This document shows positions 38,818-48,372 of a stretch of DNA of 64,000 nucleotides, in pieces; the stretch's first letter is position 1; each line of letters starts with the position of its first letter. The notes under the pieces are model-generated. The model was not told where the DNA came from. It made no database searches and saw nothing but the letters and a program-made list of their open reading frames with translations. The DNA comes from Candidatus Obscuribacteraceae bacterium. Lineage in GTDB: Bacteria > Cyanobacteriota > Vampirovibrionia > Obscuribacterales > Obscuribacteraceae. The DNA is taken from contig JBGAHS010000008.1 of the NCBI GenBank assembly GCA_044226015.1, forward strand, positions 288,001 to 352,000, read 5' to 3'. Position numbers and translations under genes: made by a program.

Positions 38818-40059
38818 TCATATTGGCACATGGAATGCTAGCACCGTCAACGTGAGGGTCTTTGCTGAATCGCCTGCATGGCAGAATTTATAGCGAAATG
38901 CACAATCATCACCGTAATTCAATTGAGAAATACACTGTTTGTGCTGCCGAGTCTCTGTTTTCAGTTTCTCTAGAACACTACTGAAATCTTTATTCCTGCA
39001 GAAGACAATGATGGCAATCTTGGTATCATGCCAAGACACATATTTGAATAACTGATCTATGGCGTCCTGATAGTTCGCTTCCCCGGTCCAGTATTTGCAT
39101 TCTGCAATGAAAAGATTTTTTCCTTTGTGTTTGATGACAATGTCAGTTTTGCCGCCGACGTTGAATGTCTCACCTGTAGCCTGTCCCTCAAACACGCCGT
39201 TAAGTTGAACCAGAAAATGAAACCGGAGATCTTCCTCCGGAATCTTCTGAAAAGCGTGAGGACTGAGCTCCATTACTTTTGCCATGTTTCGGCAAATCGC
39301 AAGGATTTCGTCGTATGTAGCTACTTCTAGGGAAGGGTCCATCACTTTTGTTGAACTGACCTTAATCTGTTCAACTGCCGAAAGTTTTTTTCGAACGATA
39401 GGTTGTGCCACATTTGATGGCTGGCTTTCACGCTTTCGAATTTTGAATCCAAGTTCTTGCACCAGCAAGTTCTGGCTTGTTAGATCCGTTTGTCGCTTCT
39501 GAATTAGCTGGAGTCCTTCAGTTTGAAGCCAATTATTGAATCCGGTAACTTGATTCATGGCGCCATTCATGCAGTGTTTAAGTCCAGAGAATCGCTCATT
39601 CTTCAACTTAAGTATTGATTGCTGAGTAAACTTTACAGCGTCTTCAAAGGTGATATGGACTTCAGAAGCAAGTATTTCTCCAGTCAACGGAACATTAGTG
39701 TAGTTAAGTGGTTTGTATGCAAAGAGTTCCTTGGTTCCTTTGTATGGTATTGCCAGCTTGATAAAGAAGCCATCGACCAAGGGTTCGGCGTCCTCATCGA
39801 CAACCCAGAATCGATGGTCGCCCCTCACGTTGATTTTTTTTGAGCCTTGCTCAACTATTTCAGGAGCGTCAAAATCAAGCAAGATCGGCTGCAATTCAAA
39901 TTTAGAAAGAAGCCAACCAAGTATCTCGTCCTCAGGATTGTCTAGCTCTTGTTGGGTCAATTCGAAGATCCAACTACGTGATTCCTTCTTTCGAGCCTCC
40001 AGAAACTCATAGAGATCTTCTCCTGAAAATAGCGTTTGGTCCGGCATAGAAATACTCAT
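38818..40059 (-). CDS. Protein with C-terminal PD-(D/E)XK restriction-endonuclease-like domain
   Basis: EEDLR...GETFNVGGKTDIVI...FIAECKYW. Confidence 0.8.
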   Translation of the reverse strand: MSISMPDQTLFSGEDLYEFLEARKKESRSWIFELTQQELDNPEDEILGWLLSKFELQPILLDFDAPEIVEQGSKKINVRGDHRFWVVDEDAEPLVDGFFIKLAIPYKGTKELFAYKPLNYTNVPLTGEILASEVHITFEDAVKFTQQSILKLKNERFSGLKHCMNGAMNQVTGFNNWLQTEGLQLIQKRQTDLTSQNLLVQELGFKIRKRESQPSNVAQPIVRKKLSAVEQIKVSSTKVMDPSLEVATYDEILAICRNMAKVMELSPHAFQKIPEEDLRFHFLVQLNGVFEGQATGETFNVGGKTDIVIKHKGKNLFIAECKYWTGEANYQDAIDQLFKYVSWHDTKIAIIVFCRNKDFSSVLEKLKTETRQHKQCISQLNYGDDCAFRYKFCHAGDSAKTLTLTVLAFHVPI

Positions 40060-40149
40060 AATTTTTCCGAGAATGTAACACTGTAGGGGGATCATAGCTC
40101 ATGATCACAACCATTTAACAGAAGATTCCCCCCGCTGTTTGCCTATAGC

Positions 40150-40188
40150 AAAAAAATACCCGCGCCCGATTATGGACGCGGGTATTTT
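40150..40188 (-). terminator. Intrinsic terminator after the J-domain gene
   Basis: Stem aaaatacccgcg / cgcgggtatttt with 7-nt T tract on the minus strand. Confidence 0.8.
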
Positions 40189-40196
40189 GAGAGAAA

Positions 40197-40907
40197 TTAG
40201 AAGGGACAGGGACGCAAGTGTTCGACCTTCGCGGATAAGGAGAATTCGGCGCCAGGGCGTACACTCGGTTCATATCGTTTGTTGAAGCCGCCGATTAGCA
40301 GAAACACGAAGATGGCGGCGAGAGCCATTGAGATTCTCCAGCGAAGTTGCTGCTCAGTGAAGGGTTGGTTCGTCACCTGTGCTTTGGCTTTCCCGGCCCA
40401 GGCGGCAGCTGCATGGGCCGTAGCTGCTTGTCGTGCTTTCTCCAGAGCCTCCTTTAGGGCCGCTTCCTGAGCTTCTTCTGCGCGTCGGCGACGTTCGGCT
40501 TCTTGAGCGCGGGCTTCCTGTTCGCGCCACTGCTCGTAAGTGGTCTTTTCCCGTTGAGAGCCACCTGGATTCGAATAACCCGCACTGCCGCCAGCGTGTC
40601 CATTGCCAGCAGATTGTCCGTAGCCCGTGTTCGGGTTTTGGCCGTTTCCTGTTTGCTGGTTGAATGCTGTTGGCCGGCACTCGCATTCGGGTCCTTGCCG
40701 GTGTCCAGATTCGAAATGCTTCTTGATGCAATCGAAGGCGTTGTTGATTTGCTTCAATTCTTCTTCGGCTGTACGTCGTCCCTCGGGGGTGGGCATCCTG
40801 TCCGGATGCCACACCATTGCGAGTTGTCGATATCTTTTCTTCATTGTATCGAGCGATGTGCCTGGTGCAATGCCAAGTTTCTGATATGCCGCTTGGATTT
40901 TGTTCAT
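40197..40907 (-). CDS. DnaJ (J-domain) protein with C-terminal TM helix
   Basis: AYQKLGI...YRQLAMVWHPD...LKQINNAF. Confidence 0.85.
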   Translation of the reverse strand: MNKIQAAYQKLGIAPGTSLDTMKKRYRQLAMVWHPDRMPTPEGRRTAEEELKQINNAFDCIKKHFESGHRQGPECECRPTAFNQQTGNGQNPNTGYGQSAGNGHAGGSAGYSNPGGSQREKTTYEQWREQEARAQEAERRRRAEEAQEAALKEALEKARQAATAHAAAAWAGKAKAQVTNQPFTEQQLRWRISMALAAIFVFLLIGGFNKRYEPSVRPGAEFSLSAKVEHLRPCPF

Positions 40908-41581
40908 TAGGATACTCCCTTTACGATGTCTGAATAGAGATTGATTAGAGCAACTACGCTGAGGATTAGCAGCCACCATGGCGGAGCGGACAGCTTGCTC
41001 ACTTGAGCCGGGCTGTCCACGAGTTTGAAGCCGCCGAGTTGGGCTGAAATTGCCTTCTGGCAGTTAGAGATGATTGAGTCGCAGGCGAACAGATTCGAGC
41101 CGTCGGCTTTGGCGGTAAAGTCGAGCTTCACTGTAGTGGTGTCGCGGCCGGTATCACTCACAAAGGCATCGAGTGTGATGAATCGCTGCACTCTTTCTTT
41201 GCGTGTGTGAACCTGTCCCCTTGCATCGGCTTCGCAGCGGACGACCTCGTCCGTGAACGTTAAGTTCGCGGTGATTCGGCCGGATTGAGTGTCGGCTGTC
41301 ACGACGCGCCACTTGTCGCCGAAGTTGTATGAGACCTCCGCCAGGAAGTCGCGGATTTTTGCGAATGCGAATTTGGCGGGAATTTCATATTCACGTGGCT
41401 GTGGGTGCAGGAAGTGTCTTCGTTCCACCAGCCATGCATGAAAGCATGGCCAGGCAGCCCAAATGCCGATGACTAGTCCGGGGAAGAGTCCGGCTTCACC
41501 TCTGTGCAGAATAGCTTCACCGATAAGAGCACCAAAGAAACAGAATGCTGAGAAACCTAGCGCAATTCCTAATATGACCAT
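40907..41581 (-). CDS. Membrane protein
   Basis: Two N-terminal and one C-terminal TM helices; coupled to neighbours. Confidence 0.75.
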   Translation of the reverse strand: MVILGIALGFSAFCFFGALIGEAILHRGEAGLFPGLVIGIWAAWPCFHAWLVERRHFLHPQPREYEIPAKFAFAKIRDFLAEVSYNFGDKWRVVTADTQSGRITANLTFTDEVVRCEADARGQVHTRKERVQRFITLDAFVSDTGRDTTTVKLDFTAKADGSNLFACDSIISNCQKAISAQLGGFKLVDSPAQVSKLSAPPWWLLILSVVALINLYSDIVKGVS

Positions 41582-42252
41582 ATGTCGTCTACCTCCGGTC
41601 TTTCTTGGGTGGGATTGGAGTTCGTGTTTGTGTTGCTTGACGGCTGAAGGGTTGGGTCAAGCTGAGGATCAACTTCCGGTGCACTTTGCTTACCAGCACC
41701 AGCGCCTTTCTTGTTTCGTCCCCCTTTCTTGGGACTTGGATCGTCCGCATCAGCAGCTTCATTCATCTGCGCGTTGTTTCTTCCTCTGCGCTGTACCGTT
41801 TCGCTAATCACATGAATCGGTCGCTCGGGCGGTGGATAATCCATCGCGTGTTGATATGCAATAGGCGATGCAACGGTAATTTTCAGCGGCCAGGTGTCGT
41901 TTGTGAAAGCGATCACCTGGTCTTTGAGATTGATCAGTTCTTCTGGCGTTGCTAGCGCTCTGCCTTGAATGAACTCTTGTACTCGTCCTGAGTCGGACAC
42001 GGTTACCTCCTCAATCGTTGTCTTGCCGAGTGCATCGCTGAGCACTCGTGCTTCATGGAAGTTCTTTTGTCCGAAGTAAATCTGCGTGGCGGGCTGGTCG
42101 ATAATGATGCGTGCCTCGTTTTGCGAGTACACGCGCTCAAGTTGGTGGTAGTTCTGGAAGCCCAGGACCAAACTTATCTTGGCTTTGCGAATTATCGATA
42201 GCACTTCGGCGATGTTTGCGATCTTTCCGAAGTTGGTGAACTCATCGAGCAG
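41569..42252 (-). pseudogene. virD4: 5'-truncated VirD4/TraG type IV coupling protein
   Basis: LLDEFTNFGKIANIAEVLSIIRKAKISLVLGFQNYHQL (Walker B region) with a TAG immediately upstream. Confidence 0.8.
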
Positions 42253-42652
42253 CTACTTAACATGGGCTACGGTGGCTCAAGGAAAGATGCTGGTGAAGCA
42301 ATCGGAAGATCTGGCGATAGTGGCATTGATGGAATCATTAAAGAGGACCGTCTTGGTTTAGACTCTGTGTACGTACAGGCGAAACGTTGGGAAGATACCG
42401 TTGTCGGCCGACCAGAAATTCAAAAGTTTGCCGGTGCGCTGCAAGGACATCGAGCTTGAAAAGGAATTTTTATTACAACCTCTCGATTTTCTGCTGATGC
42501 TCGTGAATACGTAAAGATGATCGATAGCAAGATAGTCTTGCTCGACGGCGAGCAGCTTGCGCAACTGATGATTGACTTTAACGTCGGAGTCGCATCCAAC
42601 AAAGTATATGAGATCAAAAAAAATTTACAGCGATTACTTTGTCGAAGAGTGA
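42241..42652 (+). pseudogene. mrr: Mrr endonuclease catalytic-domain remnant
   Basis: MGYGGS...DSGIDGII...VYVQAKRW; in-frame TGA at 42457; A8 frameshift at 42616-23; no N-terminal domain. Confidence 0.9.
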
Positions 42653-42716
42653 GTATGATGCACCCTTGCGAAACAAAAAATCACAACGTCGCTCGACAAG
42701 TATCATATCAACCAGG

Positions 42717-44102
42717 CTAAGTCCTCCTGGCGCTGCTAGCCAATAAAGATCGCTCAATCGAGACCTCCAGTGTTTTCGGAGACAAAAAACTCGCCTCGAG
42801 ATTACTTTCCATCGCCCATTTGCGGAAGACTACAACAATCTCGTCTTTGTCAATCGCAACACGCTCGACCACAGCGCGAAGAAGCTTGCGTTTTGCATCC
42901 CAGTCCACACATTCGGCGACTTCAGCGGCAAACCTGGACTGGAGAGTACTTCTCACTTTTTCGAACACCGCATCTTCAAGTTTTTCTCGCCTTATTTGTT
43001 TATTCGCGCATTTGCTTTGCTCAGTCAATCGACACTTATCCGAACCGCGACAGCGATAATAGAAATACCTCTGCTCCATTCGCGCGCACCAGACTGGCTT
43101 GCCGTAATAGGCGCGCCTGCAGATATTGCAGTAAATTAGCCCTTGCAAAAGATATTGCGAACCACGAAATCGCGCACGAGCAAAGCGGCGGTTTTCGTCG
43201 AGCTGTTGCTGCGCGATGTCGAAATAAATTGAGGAAATAAGTGGTGGCACGGGGATCCTGATCCAATCATCGGCAGAAGTGCGGTAGAGTGAGAAATCGT
43301 GAGTTCGCAGTCCTTGAGCAGAACTTTTGGCGCGCAGCTCTTTTCGCCTGGGACCTATTCTTGTTCGCCCATATGCTGCATTTCCAGTATAAGCAGGATT
43401 CTTCAGCATTCCATAGATTGTCTTGTTGGTCCAAACTGTTCTTCCTTTTCGAGTTTTTATACCGGCTTCTTGCAAGCGGCGACAGACTTCAGTTATCGTT
43501 GTTCGCTCAACGCAAAACCATTGAAATACTTGCTGAACGGTTTTCGCTTCTTCGGCCTCGATCACAAAATGCGCTTCACCTGCCGCCGAGCTCTTTTTTG
43601 TGATGTAACGGTAACCGTACGGTGCCGAACCGAATACGCTAACACAGCCACGTTTGGCTGCGTGGAGCCTGCCTCTGCGGGAACGTTCCAGGAATTTTGC
43701 GCGTTCGTACTCGGCCATCATTCCTTGAACTTGCAAGAGTAATTCATCTTCTGGTGTGCCACGCCGCGGGCTATTTTGAAAGATTATGTCGATTCCAGAT
43801 TTGTGGAATTCGTCAACAAGCAGAATCTGGTAGGCGTACTTTCGCGAGAGCCTATCAGGTGAGTGGACGTAAAGGCGATCTATAAGACCAGCGTGCGCTG
43901 CGTCGCGAAGGCGTTCAAGTGCGGGTCTGACTAGTGTTGTGCCACTGTAACCGTCGTCAATAAATTTATAGCTGTCTTCGAGGGTGAGGTTGTCTGCTTT
44001 GATAAGCTGCAGAACCGATTGGATCTGGCTTTCAATGGTACCAGCTTGTGCTTGCTGCTCAGTTGAGACTCTGGCATACAGAGCTATTTGTTTCTTACTC
44101 AT
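42717..44102 (-). CDS. Large serine recombinase (resolvase + recombinase + Zn ribbon)
   Basis: YARVSTEQQ, DDGYSG, PDRLSR, APYGY, LLQGLIYCNIC. Confidence 0.92.
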   Translation of the reverse strand: MSKKQIALYARVSTEQQAQAGTIESQIQSVLQLIKADNLTLEDSYKFIDDGYSGTTLVRPALERLRDAAHAGLIDRLYVHSPDRLSRKYAYQILLVDEFHKSGIDIIFQNSPRRGTPEDELLLQVQGMMAEYERAKFLERSRRGRLHAAKRGCVSVFGSAPYGYRYITKKSSAAGEAHFVIEAEEAKTVQQVFQWFCVERTTITEVCRRLQEAGIKTRKGRTVWTNKTIYGMLKNPAYTGNAAYGRTRIGPRRKELRAKSSAQGLRTHDFSLYRTSADDWIRIPVPPLISSIYFDIAQQQLDENRRFARARFRGSQYLLQGLIYCNICRRAYYGKPVWCARMEQRYFYYRCRGSDKCRLTEQSKCANKQIRREKLEDAVFEKVRSTLQSRFAAEVAECVDWDAKRKLLRAVVERVAIDKDEIVVVFRKWAMESNLEASFLSPKTLEVSIERSLLASSARRT

Positions 44103-44190
44103 CGTATTGTCCTATGGTATTGCATGCGGTGCATGTGAATTTATGCAGCAAATCGCGTTTTGGATTTGCTGCTTCTTTTTGGTCTTGAGA

Positions 44191-44355
44191 TCATAGCACC
44201 GTTCTATGCAACATTAGGTGTGGGTCGTATCTAATGCCGTGGCCGTAACATGCATTCCAGCATGCTTCTGTTTTGTTGATGCAAGAGATGCGTGGCAAAC
44301 TGAATGCCGGTCCGGTCTTGCTGTTATGTGTCAATTGAAGTCCGTAAGTTTCCAT
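44191..44355 (-). pseudogene. Truncated Cys-rich phage GP88-like gene
   Basis: METYGLQLTHNSKTGPAFSLPRISCINKTEACWNACYGHG after GAGG RBS; stops at 54 aa. Confidence 0.45.
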
Positions 44356-44411
44356 TCTATTTTCCTCAAGAAAGAGGGGACGAGCATTGCCCGTCCCACT
44401 GTGTTATCGAC

Positions 44412-44615
44412 CTATCGAATTTCAAAGTAGATATTCTCCAGCCGCTGCACTTCAGCGCTGGTCGATTCAGTTTTTCTGTAGCTGTCGTAATAACGCCGAA
44501 GCGCTTCTCTGATTAGATCGGAACGAGTGCGACATTCGTACTTCGCCATCAGATCAACATTCGCAAGCAGCCGACTCGGCAAACCGATCAAGACTTTCTT
44601 GGTGTCATTGCTCAT
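44412..44615 (-). CDS. CopG/ribbon-helix-helix regulator
   Basis: KVLIGLPSRLLANVD...TRSDLIREALRRY; AGGAG RBS. Confidence 0.85.
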   Translation of the reverse strand: MSNDTKKVLIGLPSRLLANVDLMAKYECRTRSDLIREALRRYYDSYRKTESTSAEVQRLENIYFEIR

Positions 44616-44927
44616 TTCAATTCTCCTTGAATTTCGCCCAGCCACCGACGAGGTGACTCCGGCATGAAACACAGCCGTGCACATGCGCCGCGCGAAATCA
44701 TTCAGTGCAATGCCTCGCTAGCGCCATCAGCGTGATGCCGTGCGGCGCATGTGCGATGAATTGAAATTGCCGGAAAAATCGAATTTCTTTGAAGAGAATC
44801 TGTAAGACGAAACAACTGGGGACAGAGTCCACTTCAAGTACATGCGCGTAGAAGGGACAATTTAAGTGAGTTCTTGGATCTGGTGTAAGATGAAATCTTG
44901 TATCTCAGGGAAGGAGTGACTATTCCA

Positions 44928-45881
44928 ATGGAAATGAGGGATTTCGATAGTCAAATTGATAAACTCAAGGCGGAGCGTGCGGCACGAGTAAAAGAGCTGC
45001 AGGAAAAATTTCCGTATTTGCCTGCCGGAGCAATTAAGGACCCGTTGGTTCAAATTATTGATGAATCGGTCCGGGCTCTTGAATTCGAAAAAGAGAAGTA
45101 TCAAGAATCGTTGGGTCCGAAAGACAAAGAGCAAGCAAGTGAATCAATCGCCAAGGCTTTCACCGCATTGATGAGGCCAGCAACGGCCGAGCACAAAAAA
45201 CTGGAGAATTACTCAAATCTATTGAGAGAGAGATTTGATTCCAAGGAGCTTGAAGATTGGTACCAACAACTTTGTGTACTCGCTAAAAGAATTGAAGAAC
45301 TAAGACAGTCGAAATATTTCTTACTGAAGGAACTGTCGCCAACATCCCTAGAGTTACTAGAAAAAGCAAAGGGCGTAAGCCGTGAGATTCTGCATCTAGA
45401 TTATCAACTGAACAACATTGTATATGCTCATGAAAAACGGCTCTACGACAGCAAAGGTTTGTCGAGCAGTGCACACAATGTTGAAGTTACTGTGGTGGAG
45501 ATTAAGCCTTTCAAAAATGCAATGTTTGGGTTGCAGCAAAAAAATTGGGCTGGTTTCTTATCGGAAATCGATCAATTGACTAGGTTCCTGGGAAAGCATG
45601 AATTAGGCGAAGGAATTGAACGAGCTACAAGATTGTTGAAGAAACCGTCAGTCTTTTTGTCAACTTTTCAATCAAAGATCGACCTGAATGTTGATGCCAG
45701 TCCAGAGACTATTCAGACGAGTTCAAGGGAAACAACACTTGCTTACTCCAGATACCTGCTGTCTAATACATACGTAAATATCTCGGCATCTTGGGGAGAG
45801 TTCAAGTGTTACCTTCTTTCCATTGATGGGCTTCGCTTCCTGATTTCACAGGGAACTTTTGGGTTTCGCGATTTGCTCTAA
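44928..45881 (+). CDS. Hypothetical coiled-coil protein
   Basis: ORF with GGAAGGAG RBS. Confidence 0.65.
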   Translation: MEMRDFDSQIDKLKAERAARVKELQEKFPYLPAGAIKDPLVQIIDESVRALEFEKEKYQESLGPKDKEQASESIAKAFTALMRPATAEHKKLENYSNLLRERFDSKELEDWYQQLCVLAKRIEELRQSKYFLLKELSPTSLELLEKAKGVSREILHLDYQLNNIVYAHEKRLYDSKGLSSSAHNVEVTVVEIKPFKNAMFGLQQKNWAGFLSEIDQLTRFLGKHELGEGIERATRLLKKPSVFLSTFQSKIDLNVDASPETIQTSSRETTLAYSRYLLSNTYVNISASWGEFKCYLLSIDGLRFLISQGTFGFRDLL

Positions 45882-45917
45882 CCACTGTTAAGAGAGTTGG
45901 CTTTAGCTCTTGTTGAG

Positions 45918-47693
45918 TTAGTCGCTCGGAGGAAGTAGTCTCTCACCGGCGGCTTTCATTAATGCTATTGCGGGAGCTGCTGGCGGATACCACGCAGGTT
46001 CAAAAATTCGGAAAGTTTGATTGATATAGAGATCGAACGTGATCTTCATTCTGAGGGGATCTGCTTCTGAATAGGTTCGCAAGTGAGACAAAAAGCTCTT
46101 ATTGTTTATTCGGGCTGCGGCGAGGTGTTCAAGATCAGTTATGGTAAGGACGATCAGATTCATGATTTTCAGTTTTCTTGCATTAGCTCCCGCACCTTGA
46201 ACGAAAAAATAGCCCTGACTTGGAGCATCTGGCTGCCCAAGCAGTATGGCGAATTCTGATGCCAATGCGGTTATAGCGAATCCTTGAGCCGGAAGAAGTG
46301 CATCGTGCACGAGTAACAAGGGAAAGATGGTTTCCAAATCCTCGGGAACGACATCTGTTGTATCCGTTTGAACTCTCGGGACCCTATGTCCTTCAGCTAA
46401 TCTCTTTATCGAGTTAGCTAGTTGTGCGATTCCTTTATCCCGCTCTTCAGCATCTGCCGGAACTCCATATTTGTCCATAAGCTCCTGCCAGAATAATTCA
46501 TAATCGAAAGGTCTAACTGTGTCGTCCTTAAGCCAGGCTCCTTTGGTTTCTATAAGAATCATCGTATTTGGATAAGTAAGGATGATATCTGAAAGTTCTG
46601 GAGCTTCTCCGACCGAGATTGAAAGCTTTCTGTTCGTAGAGATGTGCCCAAATTCGATATTTCGCCCACTCATACGATCATGGAAGTTAGCAAAAACAGT
46701 CTGGCAATAATTCTCAAACGCTTCTCCAAATTTGCCAAAAACTTTGTCCACGCCTAAGCCAAGCACTTTGAAAAGTGGTCCGTAGGCCATCATGTCTTGA
46801 AAGAAGACCTGATCTAAAATAATAAAATGTCCGTCTGGAAGTCGCAAAATAGGTCGACTTCTAAATAACTTAAAGTCATAGAATTGATCAACGGCTCTTT
46901 TCCTCAACTCCTCTCGTAACTCTTTAACGTCAATCGAAAAGTGTTTAAAGAAGCGTTCCAATATAGGACGAAAGTCTGGTGCTCTTGCACACAGATTGTC
47001 CAGAGTAAATGTAAATCTCACTCCGTTTTTGTCCTTACTCCCGAGGCCCAAGCACGCAACACCGGCAACGCATGCGTAAAAATCGCTGAGCGTTAAACCG
47101 TCTGTTCGCTTGCCGAACTCAACTCCGAAGGTTGGATCAACGAAGATGCGGTCAAGCAAAAGCAGCGATGCTCTTCCTAACGAGTGAAGAGAGTACCAAG
47201 CCGGAAGACCCATTAAAGCCCACTCGCGAATTACCGGGAGGCACTTTTTTATTCGAGTAAGGTTGCTGTCACCTGGACTACCATTCAATAGGGGATCGTG
47301 CCGCTTGGTTGAAAGCTCCGCGGCGGCCATTTGCGCTAATAAGAATTCATCCGGCTTTTCGTTTGAAGGTTGGTCACTGGCAAAATGTGCTATCCATTTC
47401 AGCAACTCCAACAGTCCTCGTCTGTGCAGTACCCACGGAAAGTGTTTCTTCCTAAAATATGTATCTATTTCCTTTGTCGATTTCTCTGTAAGTTCGATCT
47501 GTCGCAGAGCCAGGGCTTGCCGGTCTTTATGATCTCGAACTCCGTTTGCTGAAGCACAGCCATTAATCAAAGCCACGCGATAGATTGCTTTTTCAAAATT
47601 CATTGTTGAAACAACAGCTTTAAGCTCTTCTTCACTGGGGCACGCTCCAAATATGTCATCAAAGGTAATCCACTCGGTTGCATGTTCAGCCAT
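45918..47693 (-). CDS. Hypothetical protein with C-terminal NERD/PD-(D/E)XK-like nuclease motif
   Basis: FGEAFENY...ELSDIIL...ILIETKG...KGIAQL. Confidence 0.7.
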   Translation of the reverse strand: MAEHATEWITFDDIFGACPSEEELKAVVSTMNFEKAIYRVALINGCASANGVRDHKDRQALALRQIELTEKSTKEIDTYFRKKHFPWVLHRRGLLELLKWIAHFASDQPSNEKPDEFLLAQMAAAELSTKRHDPLLNGSPGDSNLTRIKKCLPVIREWALMGLPAWYSLHSLGRASLLLLDRIFVDPTFGVEFGKRTDGLTLSDFYACVAGVACLGLGSKDKNGVRFTFTLDNLCARAPDFRPILERFFKHFSIDVKELREELRKRAVDQFYDFKLFRSRPILRLPDGHFIILDQVFFQDMMAYGPLFKVLGLGVDKVFGKFGEAFENYCQTVFANFHDRMSGRNIEFGHISTNRKLSISVGEAPELSDIILTYPNTMILIETKGAWLKDDTVRPFDYELFWQELMDKYGVPADAEERDKGIAQLANSIKRLAEGHRVPRVQTDTTDVVPEDLETIFPLLLVHDALLPAQGFAITALASEFAILLGQPDAPSQGYFFVQGAGANARKLKIMNLIVLTITDLEHLAAARINNKSFLSHLRTYSEADPLRMKITFDLYINQTFRIFEPAWYPPAAPAIALMKAAGERLLPPSD

Positions 47694-47764
47694 TTAGCAC
47701 CCACTAAAGCTATTGAGGAAAGGTTCTACGGAGTGACTCTCTATTCAGCAAGCAAGACAGTGAG

Positions 47765-48073
47765 CTAGTGCAAGTGATCAATTACCATGCAACATAGAGA
47801 GTCAGCCATCATTTGAAAGCCAAAAGACTGTAGTTCGCTTTTCGGGTTGTGATTCGCTATCGTACTCATCACGTATTGTTCTCCGGACTTAAGGTCGGAA
47901 GCTTCCACCAGTTTCGACCAGACTGAGTTCTGTGTCAAATGGTCTAAGAGCCGGACATGCACATACACCAACCCAAACCGTCGCGTCAGCCGAATATCAT
48001 CGCGCCAAGGCAAGAAGTAATACTCCACCACCGGGTCCTTATAAGTGCGGCGAAAAAATCTGAGCGACTCCAT
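47765..48073 (-). CDS. Hypothetical protein
   Basis: 102-aa ORF with GGAGG RBS. Confidence 0.4.
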   Translation of the reverse strand: MESLRFFRRTYKDPVVEYYFLPWRDDIRLTRRFGLVYVHVRLLDHLTQNSVWSKLVEASDLKSGEQYVMSTIANHNPKSELQSFGFQMMADSLCCMVIDHLH

Positions 48074-48372
48074 GATGCGTGCCCTCCGAAATGAATATGG
48101 AATTCAAGAAGAAAATGGGTTGCCATGCAGGTCGCGAGAAAATTGCGCTGCTACTTTCATAAACGTAAAAATCATGCCAAGAGTTCAATGAAATTGATTA
48201 ATTCAGAGGGTGGACTGCATGTCTATTGCGGTGTCGGTTGCTAAGGTGAGTTAAATCATCCGGGCAGAATGGCTTGCAAACTTGTCATGAGAGAAATCAG
48301 AACGGGCTTATGGGAAACTAATGTCTATTTTCCTCGGCATCCATCCCGGTCCGTGTGGGGTTGTAAATAGCT

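Noticed and set aside
38567..38821. 84-aa ORF between the nuclease and TIR genes
   Set aside because: Overlaps the TIR start out of frame and has no recognisable motif, although an ATGA overlap is present
42457..42459. Recoded TGA (Trp or Sec) in mrr
   Set aside because: The gene is also 5'-truncated and frameshifted, and TGA serves as a stop elsewhere in the window
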